From contig CBFFRP010000119.1 in the NCBI GenBank assembly GCA_965644295.1, forward strand, positions 1 through 64,000: 64,000 nt of DNA. The letters are read 5' to 3'. The stretch comes from Paraphysomonas bandaiensis (taxonomy: Eukaryota > Protista > Chrysophyceae). The position numbers were made by a program, and so were the translations under genes. Positions 53,953 through 64,000 of the stretch are shown here, in pieces. The notes below the pieces were generated by a model. It saw nothing but the letters and a program-made list of their open reading frames with translations, was not told the DNA's origin and searched no databases. Numbering within the stretch: position 1 is the stretch's first letter; every line of letters begins with the position of its first letter.

Positions 53953-55694
53953 CAGAGCTAGGGAACAATATATTGCAATACTATTGTTAGATAGCGTCTC
54001 ACCAATAATAATGATGGAATTTTTAATCCGACCCAACAATACTATTGCAGTATATTAGTATCATTATTTACGCAGCACTGAGATAATAAGTTTAGCTGCG
54101 CTAAACAGACGTTCACATGTATTAGAAGTACATACAACATACATGACTTGTGCACCGGTACTTAGATATTTCAACTTTTCGGTTCTTACTTTTCTGTGCT
54201 GACTGAATGATTTTCTCTGCATTATTGCCAACATCAGCTTCATCATCCTCTGTATTGTTTCCATCACAGTGAGAAAAAGGAGATATATTCTAGCAGCATC
54301 TTTCTCATTTCTTGTCAAAGTACATTCTTCGCCTCTCCTTGAATTTTGCACTTCAATTAGCAAAATTCGGGTCATTAACAATATGGAACTGCTTTTCTTT
54401 AAAGGAGATAGAAGTAAACATTATGCAAACGTGGGAAATGAGAGGTCTACTTCCTTGGCCAGGTTGTGTCATATCTCCTTGCTTATTTTTCTTTTCTTTG
54501 CTACCGATGAGTTTATGAACAGCAAGATTAAGACGATATGATGAACATCCAACTAAGAATACACCTGTAATATATATAGAGAGAAAAAGTTATAACATAC
54601 GACGCTTTTATGAAGGAGGGGTGTTACCGGAATCGTTGGCCAGCTTTCTGTGTGTAGCGCAGTTATCCTCAATATGAAACTCAACTACGTCGCACACATT
54701 ATCATTTTTAGGGATATTTATTATTTATGGCCATGGACGTATATTTCGCACCCTACAGTTGAGAAGCTTTCTCTATATTATGGCTATATCATAATATTGA
54801 TTGCAACAGGGATAGGGAAAAATATATATATATTGCAATATTATTGTTAGATAGCGTTCCATCAATAGTATTGATGGAGTTTTAAAACCGGCCCTACAAT
54901 ACTATTGCAATATATTGCCATATATTAGTATGACTAATGAGTAAGAAACACATCCGCAGTTTTTAGTACTTGTCATTATAAGGTCGAAGGTCACTTGATA
55001 ATCAGACCCACTACTCTTAACTGGTTAAAAGTTTCCTCATATACTCATCCTCTGAGCCATCATCGGTGGCATCATCATCACCATATTCATCCAATTTTAG
55101 TTGAAATATGCTTGCATCCGGCCACAACTGTCGGTTAGCTTTCAGAAACAACAGCATAATATTATTAAGTGTAGTATAGGATGCATACGTTATTGCTAAA
55201 TAATAAGACTTTCAATATACGTTTGCGCAACACTGATATAATCGGTTTTGCTGCGCTGAACAGGCGTTCACATGTATTGAAAGTACTTACTACATGACTC
55301 GTGGTAACTAGAAATGAGTGGTAGTAGAGATAACGTGATATATTGCTTATTATATTTATTATAATCTTCTCTTATCTTAACTTGATTAATGAGTGAATAC
55401 ACGTCCAGTTAACTTACTAATCATCCAATTGTGTCATAACTTGACAGAATTTTCTCCACATATCCAACTTCATCATCCTCTGTAATGGTGCAATAATCAC
55501 TGTCTGATTATATACATGGACTTATATATTTTACCCTACAGTTAAGAATCTTTCTGTATATGACTATCATAATATTGATTGTAATATACTGTGACCTACT
55601 TTAACAGAAACAATATTGATGGAATATTTGACCAGTCCACCAATCAATATATTTTACAATGTATTGCAATACAATATATTGTTCCCTAGCCCTC
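53953..55694 (-). mobile_element. Two adjacent decayed hAT family B elements (53953-54806, 54807-55694)
   Basis: TIR cagggctagggaacaatatattg at 53953, 54807 and inverted at ~55672-55694; transposase remnant NTCERLFSAAK.IISVLRK twice. Confidence 0.8.
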
Positions 55695-56032
55695 CCTGCT
55701 TTTAACTACTATACACTTTCATCATTACACGCGAAGTACAAAGTATTATGCGGAGATACATTGTATATTGTACATGGTTATATTTCTAGAAAAATAGCTC
55801 TGTAATGGCTGCTCAACTAAAATAGGAGGTACGCCACAGTGTACTACTGCATATAAGACCCCAAATCACACACGCGAAGCACAAAAGTATTTTATATGGA
55901 GAGGAATCCTCATTTACTTATTGGCAATAGACTTGTTGAAGCAGAGTAAAATGCACAGCTCCCAGATAAACAAACATAGTTACAAGTTGAGTACTGGTAC
56001 AAGCGCCAAGCCAGTTTATCGATGCACAACAT

Positions 56033-56722
56033 TTAGTAGTAAATCTGGAATGCAGGGCCCATGGTAGACTTGATGTACAAGACTTTCACGTTCTGCCAGT
56101 TCTTCTTGAGAAGAGAGACAAGGAAGTTGACAGCAAGCTGGATGTTGAGGGAAATCTCGGCCTCAGTCATTGAGACATTAGCCACAGCAAGAGACATGCA
56201 CATGACCTTCTTCATCTGGAACTTAATGGTGGCACGCTGAGCGTCAACCTTCTCCTGGAGGTTATCATTCTCGTCAAGAAGGGTAGGAAATTTGCCCGCC
56301 TTGGTAAGACCAGGACCCAATATACGGGGAATCTGCTTAAGGAGAGCACCAGATGCAAGAAATGCATCGTACTTCTTAGCGAACTTCTTGATGATCTTCT
56401 TGTTCTTGTTGAATTTCTTCAAGTCCTCAATAGTCATGCGATCAATACCGATCTGATCGGCCTTCTCGCAGTGGCTCTGACTACCAAGAACACACACTCT
56501 CAGGTTGGGTTTGGGGATGGCAGGAAGTCTGAATGTTCCGGAGAAACGTTTATCTCTCTGGGGATCGTAATTTTTGAGGGTAACCTGGAGGTCAATGGTT
56601 TCCACAAAGTTACGCTTCTTGCCCTTGATATCATTGCCGCGGACGTTAATAGTCTCGCCCTGGGCGTACTTCAAGAGGTTCTCGACAGACTGGCTGAGTA
56701 GTTCGCTGTTAAGTTTACTCAT
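56033..56722 (-). CDS. RPL10A: 60S ribosomal protein uL1 (L10a)
   Basis: [28 protein letters not shown]...[27 protein letters not shown]...[24 protein letters not shown]. Confidence 0.98.
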   Translation of the reverse strand: MSKLNSELLSQSVENLLKYAQGETINVRGNDIKGKKRNFVETIDLQVTLKNYDPQRDKRFSGTFRLPAIPKPNLRVCVLGSQSHCEKADQIGIDRMTIEDLKKFNKNKKIIKKFAKKYDAFLASGALLKQIPRILGPGLTKAGKFPTLLDENDNLQEKVDAQRATIKFQMKKVMCMSLAVANVSMTEAEISLNIQLAVNFLVSLLKKNWQNVKVLYIKSTMGPAFQIYY

Positions 56723-57098
56723 TTTCGATCACTATTCCTATTGCCAAAGGAAATATATGGCATCAACCACCTTAAACAAACCTCTGTAAGAAAAACAGAC
56801 AGCACCAACCTATCAACCATCAAGAAAAACAGTATCTTGTACAGACATATTAATTTTCAGTTAACCTTAAGCCTTGCAAGTACAGCTCCGTATTTAAATA
56901 TATACTGCTGTATGCTAGGGTTGTAGGGTAGAGGATGTACTATTATACAACTCTGCAGGTACATAACGAACATTATCATGCAGTCATATTCACAGTGGCA
57001 TACACGTGGTGTACGTATCTATCAGTCTCAGCACTGCGTATGGGGAGAAGTGGTACACATAACAGACATCATTATCTTTGTCCCTCTTCTGTTCGCGG

Positions 57099-57950
57099 AT
57101 GAACATCAACTTCAGCGCCCCCAAGAAGACGGAGAAGTCCTCCGTCAAGAAGATATCGAAACTGATTGAGAGGCGGCTGTGCTCTGAGGCCAAACAAGAT
57201 AATGTTCAGGTTATGGTCACAGAGGTGCAGTGCTTCGAACCGGATTGCGTACCAATTGAAACTCTGGTGATACTTCTCGGCTCTCAGTCGAGATGGGCAG
57301 ATAAAATACTTAAGCCGATAAGTGAGGTGACTGAAGGAGATGTCACATCTCTCGCAGTTCCTGATACGTGGCCCCCTCAGAAGACACCTGATGACTCCAT
57401 AGAACCAAAAGGAAAAGATGTTATATCGGTTACAGAAGACGATTTGAAGAATATCGCCTGGGCAAAGGAGATTGCAGCACAAATAGAGAGCATGGCGAAA
57501 CACATGGACCCGAAGGACATGCGTGCCGCATTGGATTACTTGCAGTCCACCATCGCACAACTTCATAGCTCTTTGGATGAAGTTGAAAGCAAAACAGCTA
57601 CTGACGCCCCAGTCTCACAGCGAGGTGATGTTGTGATGGTCACAATGAAGCCCAAATCAGATGTTATTCCTTCTGTGAGTAGTACTGCCACTGGCGTTCC
57701 GTCGAATAAACAACCTATTTCACAAAGACGAAATGCGCCAAATGGGGGTGCTTCTCTTAGCAGCAATATTTCGAGTGTGAAATCGTCCAAAAATACAGGC
57801 GCTGATATGAAAACTATCGCAACAATGCAAAGCACCGTTCCTGTGGTGAGACATAAGAAAGGAGTCAGGCAGAGAGGGTGCCCATGTTGTGATCCCGACA
57901 ATATGGACAACATTATAGATAAACTGTTGTATTTAGATACACCTCCCTGA
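57099..57950 (+). CDS. Hypothetical protein with VQCFEPDCVPIET and C-terminal GCPCCDPDN motifs
   Basis: Single ORF of ~283 aa from ATG 57099. Confidence 0.7.
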   Translation: MNINFSAPKKTEKSSVKKISKLIERRLCSEAKQDNVQVMVTEVQCFEPDCVPIETLVILLGSQSRWADKILKPISEVTEGDVTSLAVPDTWPPQKTPDDSIEPKGKDVISVTEDDLKNIAWAKEIAAQIESMAKHMDPKDMRAALDYLQSTIAQLHSSLDEVESKTATDAPVSQRGDVVMVTMKPKSDVIPSVSSTATGVPSNKQPISQRRNAPNGGASLSSNISSVKSSKNTGADMKTIATMQSTVPVVRHKKGVRQRGCPCCDPDNMDNIIDKLLYLDTPP

Positions 57951-59981
57951 GTATGAGTTTGTATATATGATGTGTCGTGTCCTATGTAATATTATTTGAG
58001 TAGAGTTTTATTGATCATTAACTCAATCTTATCAGTCTTCAAGTGGGCAAGGACAGTTTGTAGTATATATTGTGCAATATGTTGCCGTCAATAGTTTCTA
58101 TTACAGTTCAAGTGATAATTAGGAATACTGAAAAGACGTTATCAATCCCAGTGTTACACAGAGTGGCAACGAATAAATATAGTTATGCCTAATCACCGGC
58201 TCTAGGAGGCTATATGATCTCGCGCTGCCTCCTTATCTGTAAGTTAAATGTAACCTATCGCCATGACATGCAAATGCCAAATTTATAATATATATTCTAT
58301 AACCTTAATGAAGACAATAATGTAGCCATTGACAAGAATGATGAGAAATTCTATTTCAGAGGAGTGTATTGTGTTATATATACTATATAGTGTTACTAAG
58401 TTGTTACTAAGTGTGAATAGAAGTAAGTGTTACTAAGTATCGGAATTTTATTGAAGTTGGTGAGCTGACATTGCGTGATTCGATATTGCCTATATTCTAC
58501 ACTCTAACGGTGGCAATATACGTGATCTATGGAGCCACAACATGTCAGAAAAACGCATTTATATTCTCTAAACTACCTATCAGTTAGTATTCTATGACCA
58601 TAAAGAGACACGATCGTATTTCAGTTTAACTAACATAATTTATATCATTTCATTAAATTCATATACTATTTTCAATTTTTCAATAAAAAACATTCTTGAA
58701 TAGTATTTCTTCCGACGGGTTGTGTAAAGCCTGCTGAACATTAGCCAAAAAAATCCTTAAATAAGATGTAACACTCTGGATTCGTATAATAATATATATA
58801 ACGTATTACTATAGCCATCCGTATACATACATATTACTATAGCCATCCGTATACATAAAACTTATTACCCATCACGCCATGGATACAACAATAATATATT
58901 ATATATTATTACTATAAATTATAGCACTATCGTTTGTTTAAAAACAAGGATGGCAGAAATGGTTGATGTCTGTGTCTAATTACGGATTGAGTAGAGCAAA
59001 AGCTTCCCTTTGTTATATATATATATATATCCAGGATCCCATATACATAGTAGATAGACAAAAACTAAAGCAAACAATAATATAATGCTGATGGAGGTCT
59101 GAAGCTTATATCGATAAATCAGTCAAAGATTATCAGCTCGATGGAAACGCGGGAGCTCAATGAAATTTCAGAAAGAAGGCTCACGAGACCCTCTAGTAGG
59201 CGAAAAGCAATGCTAAGTGACTTCGGTTTACCAATATCATCTGGTGGGATGCATACGTCACTACACGTAAAATACTAAGTATAATAATGCTACACACACC
59301 AAAGCATACAGAGAGGATGGATATGTCTTCTACTCTGGGAGTCAGCAAGTCCAAAACTTGTACTTACTTCTAAATAAAATGGTAAAATTCTCTAGGATTA
59401 CTATTATTAGAGGCAGCTACACAGTGAGCGCAGATCCTAGGGGTATATAATGCATGAATGAAGGCTTGTTATACAAGACATAATATATAATATCGCATAT
59501 ATAATAGTAGTCAGAAGAGGGCTTATAATATAGTAGAATTTATTTAGATCTGTAGTACAACTCATCGTAAACAGCAGGTGAAGGACAAACCCCTCATTCA
59601 TGCTGTCAATTCAGGTTACACTAAAAACCATATGATCACTACGATGACAGCAGTGGGGTATAGGATCTACACCGGACAGTGAAACTGGCCATGATAGTAA
59701 GGTGGCTCCACCTCAAGAGAGAGATGAGTCTCCTACTATAGTGCCAACCCTGAAAGGGCAAAAAGCGAGTTCGTACCCGAGTGGTTTGTTTGACGTCTAT
59801 CACATACATGAAGTACACTCAATGTTTGATACTATCTATCCAGAATCCAGATTCACATGCTCTGTGTGGTGTGTTGACATTTGCTTTTCATGCACGAAGT
59901 GACCACTGTGGCCTGCAGTTAATTGCAATAATTGAAATTGAGACAGCAAGTAATAATTGCAATTATAATTGACTACAACCT

Positions 59982-60488
59982 GTATATATTGAAAGTCTTA
60001 TTTTATTAGCAATAGGCGTTAGTTAAAAACCTGCACCAACTTAGTAGCTAGATGAATGCTAGACAAACTAGATAGACCTCTACCTGCCTGTAACACCTAC
60101 TATTTAACCCTACGGAAGCTGCTTATGCGTCGCCGCAAGCACCAAGGTGCGACCACTTCCGCTCTGAGTTCTTAAGGTGAACATCCCGGATGCTTGACTT
60201 CAGCATGCAGCCCAATACCGCAGTTAACCTTCAGGTGGGCCCTGTCCCGGATACCCTTGAGGTGGACCCATTCCCGGATGCCTGTTTATTCGTCAGGGCC
60301 CAAAAAGACGTCTACACAAGTGACATTTTATTGGTGTTCCTTGTACCACACAAGCATTCGGCTATGAGTGGGCAGAAGAATATCTGCTGACTATGTTTGC
60401 GGCTCACGTTAGTTTCTCAGAGAGAATCTCTCCGGTACTTATCTCCCAGAACACCACGAAAAGGTGCGAGTCCGACTGTGTTGAGGGA
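59982..60488 (-). mobile_element. Full-length family A retroposon (~507 bp) with 10 bp TSD
   Basis: Head at 60401-60487; 3' end ...aagactttcaatatatac; TSD ACTACAACCT (59972-59981, 60489-60498); inserted into a family C repeat. Confidence 0.85.
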
Positions 60489-60573
60489 ACTACAACCTAC
60501 AACCTGGGTCAATTAATTCACAATTAATTGATACGCAGCCCTGTGTAGTACAGAGTACAGGCTGCCATATATA

Positions 60574-60687
60574 GTCTATCTACTATGATCATGACGACGT
60601 ATTGGTTGGTAGTGGAGACAATGTTAATAATTTATTAGCACTACCAACCAACCAACCAATACGTCGTCATGATCATAGTAGATAGAC
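60574..60687. repeat. Long inverted repeat / foldback
   Basis: gtctatctactatgatcatgacgacgtattggttggt pairs perfectly with accaaccaatacgtcgtcatgatcatagtagatagac. Confidence 0.92.
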
Positions 60688-61120
60688 ACGACCATACGGT
60701 GAATATTGAATATTATGGTGAATGACAATGGCTGATGAGAATTGCAAGCGTATTGTAATTTTAGTATTCAATGTCAAATTCTGTTACTTATCTGTTTTCT
60801 TCTGATACAATGCAAAAAAAACGCATAGTGGTATAACGAAGAAACTATCTATACTGGATATATATTATAGATGAACTTTGTATTGTTGTTGCTTATTACA
60901 ATATTTTATTGGAGAAACAATATGTGTATGTTGTGCTGTATACATACGAGGTGTCACCGGCCCAGAAGGTCAAGTAGTACCAAAAACTAAAATTCGCATT
61001 TGATATAATACAAAACAGTTATTACAAACAGAGAAAAAAGTCTCTTCTACGACATGTAACCTATAGTCCTTCACGCGTTGAAGACCTATGCTAACAATTG
61101 CAGTAGAACAGACAAGACGA

Positions 61121-64000
61121 CTATACTTTCACTTTAAATATTGCAACTACAGCACGATGATCAGAATGAAACTTTCCGTGTATTGATTCATAAGATTGGA
61201 GCTCGATCTCTTTACCGTACCTTATATTACAGCATGACGCAAAGAAATAACTTTCGTATTCAACAAACCTTGGTGTGCTGTAAAAGATGCGGTCGCACCA
61301 GGCAGGGGCTCGACATTTCTTACCTATAATACCGAACTTAAGCGGCGGCGAAGATGTACGCTATAACAAACACCTGTGTCGTATACTTCTGTGAATGGGT
61401 CAAACTTATAGGAGGGTTTAAAAGTAATAGGCCCTTCTTCAAACCCCTGTTCCAGATTTAGAACTTTAAAGAAAATACACCGGCCCACATACCATCAACA
61501 CATTCCCTTTACTTCGTTCCAAGCGAAGTTGATCGAAGTCAAGTAATCGATCAAAGATGTCTTGTGGGGTCTTGAATCCGGTCTGTATTTTGAAAAACTC
61601 AAGGGCACTGATATATGTATTAGGGCAATGATATAGAGTTCGATCGATAAAACTTACTGCTTTGCGCTACTAGACAGAGCAGGTACTGGAGACCTGAATG
61701 CATTACCGAAGAATACTTGAAGAGGCTTATCATCAGGCGACACAGGATGAGACTGCGAGTGTTCGATAGGAGATTGTTTCGCACAGTTCAATTCTGACGA
61801 CACGGTGGGGCTTGGGGTGCTGGTGCTCGCTATCTCATCATCAACTGATGCCCCATCAATAGAATCTATTACTGCAGACAGATCCCCTTCTATGATATTC
61901 CCCTCGGATCCCCTCTCAAGGGCCTGCATTATGAGGACATCCATATCTTCTTTTCCCTCTTTATACCTTGGGGACATTTCCTCATCATCATCTTCATCAT
62001 CAGTTCCGTAATCTCCAATCGGTACAAGATTTACTAACTGCACCACATACATCAAGATGTCATGAAGCATTTGCGGGCGAAATACACACCATCTGCAGTG
62101 ACTTCGTTTCCTCCTCAGTAATGTTGTCTTCGTCAACGCCGAGAGAAAGTCCAATCCTGGTGGACATCCTCCTTCTGTTGGCCACATCGGAAAGGGCGAG
62201 TCTCTTCGACGATTCAGACGGTAGGTTCGGTGTCGTATTCCCTCCCTGTGTCTTATCGCCTGCACAGCAACTCTCCGTCGCTTTATCATCCTCGATCGCG
62301 GTTAAACATTGACTTTCATCTTTGAGAGCTTCGCTCAGTTCTTCCTCCTCTAGGGCAATCATCTTCTCACTCATAGACAGCAAGGTTTGAGACCACAATT
62401 TCTCAGCCTCAAGCCTAACATAACTTGTAAGAACAACACAAAACTGCCAGCAAACATGTACCGATAATTCAAATCACCAAAGAAAAATACTCGATCGAAC
62501 TCTCGTGCCAATCTATCCCTCGTATCCACTGCCCCAGAGCGCCTCACATCATCATCTTTGTCCTTACTACCCCCTTTCGGAACTACAGGGGTTGTATTAC
62601 TTTTTGCCTTCATTTCGACAGATGGGACATCGTCATTCACATAAAACTCCACTAGGGGGTTTCCTTTGAATTCAACTACTGTTGACCGCCGCTCCTGCAC
62701 AACTATAACGCTGTATACACAATGCCCACGTGATATAACGAACCTGTACCCTGGTGTTACAAAAATCTAAGTCCACACTGTCAGAATCGCGTATATCTGC
62801 ACTGGGAGTTTTGGATCTCGTGCTCTTTGCTTCAGTAGCTGCAACATACAGGGAGTAATGACTTGCGTTGACACATTATACATCACTCACAGGTTTTTCC
62901 GAGTGATTCAACCATTAGGGCAGAGATTCGGTGAAAGTCACAGTTTCTATCTAGTACCTGGACCACACAGTAGTTTACTAACTCGACATAATGGTGGAAA
63001 TAAACACAAATAACCTTTTCTTTATTGGCAGCCAAGTGAGCACATATAAATGCAACTGATGTGTCATAGCACTTCATACTGACGCCAACGGCTCCCTGAA
63101 TACCGTTGTAAGTCTTCCAGTTTATCAGACACCACCACACCAACCTTATTGTACATAACATTGCCGATTCCACAGGGCACGAAAGCGGTGGATACATTTG
63201 ACACGCAGTCGATGACATCGTGTCGGACAAAAACGCACACATGAATTGCTCCCATTGCACGAGAGGCCGCCAGTGTAAATCTGAGGGGGAATAGTGTTAG
63301 TACTAATACTTATCAATACCGGTAAATACTCACCCTTCACCAAGGGCATTTTTAACCATTACCAGCCACACATCTACGGGTGAGAGTTGGTCCGAGGAAA
63401 AACTATGATAGCTGCAACAGATTTTATGGTACATTTATAAATGACGAACCCTTACATCACAGATTGACACTCCTGAACACCCACTGTAACAACTTGACAA
63501 CCCCTTAGTGCTCTTAAAAAACTGCAAAATCTTTAGAATTAAAGGTAAGAAATCTTTACGGATGTAACCTGATATCCTTCATCTTAGGAAGGCTTTCGGC
63601 CAAGTTCCACGTAACACATGCAACAGACAGCTGATCCCATTTCCCTGCATTTCATGAACATACATCGTTTATAAAATCACGAGTTAACCACCATTTTCTG
63701 ACTCTAAATTCTGTCGACCGCTTATTCTGTTCGTGATTGAATTTTGATGGCCAATGATATTGTCTGCCGAGTATGAACACTGTGAGCACGAAGTCAATGG
63801 GTTAGGATAACGCTCACCATGGGCCGGTGATTCTGCATGGAATCCAAGAGCAATGGTTGACTTCTGAATAAAAGACACGTTCCTGGGACAGAGTCGTACA
63901 TCCGCACGAGCAGGTGACATCACAGGGAGCTCTGCAAGTGAGTATTACGGGAATTACGGGAAAATGACAAAACAGAGGACTAGCACCGTGACAGCTATCA
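61121..64000 (-). CDS. Inositol polyphosphate 5-phosphatase, multi-exon, start outside the window
   Basis: CVTWNLAE, VGVQEC, GIGNVMYNK/GAVGV, FICAHLAA, FFFGDLNYR, FDQLRLE, EGPITFKPSYKFD, RAPAWCDRIFY, SDHRAV. Confidence 0.92.

Noticed and set aside
55725-55902. Two similar acgcgaag.acaaa.gtat motifs downstream of RPL10A as snoRNAs
   Set aside because: No complete C/D or H/ACA box set
58804-58857. 26 bp tandem duplication as a CRISPR-like array
   Set aside because: Only two adjacent units with no spacers; eukaryotic context

Overview
Eukaryotic nuclear DNA, probably from a flagellated stramenopile (inferred from an axonemal dynein, a stramenopile-type 2OG-Fe(II)/ankyrin gene, ~45-60 nt GT-AG introns and TTAGGG repeats). 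A near-perfect 3.7 kb (CCCTAA)n array lies near the left edge with unique DNA beyond it. About 14 host genes follow (MIOS, XPF/ERCC4, TLC protein, PX-AGC kinase, ZNHIT1, DNAH1-like dynein, 4-RRM GBP2-like protein, RPL10A, inositol 5-phosphatase and others). Twelve of them form six compact divergent pairs, and mobile DNA sits outside those pairs. Best candidate for something undescribed: a short non-coding retroposon family (6 copies or fragments of its 5' head) whose ~85 nt 5' end fits an HDV-like ribozyme layout resembling the trypanosomatid L1Tc/ingi Pr77 signature, with target-site duplications indicating TPRT insertion. Also present: a decayed AT-rich island of two intronless sugar-pathway pseudogenes (giant-virus or bacterial type), a 205 bp duplication joined by telomeric filler, and several hAT families and MITEs. 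All calls were made by eye; no searches or folding were run.
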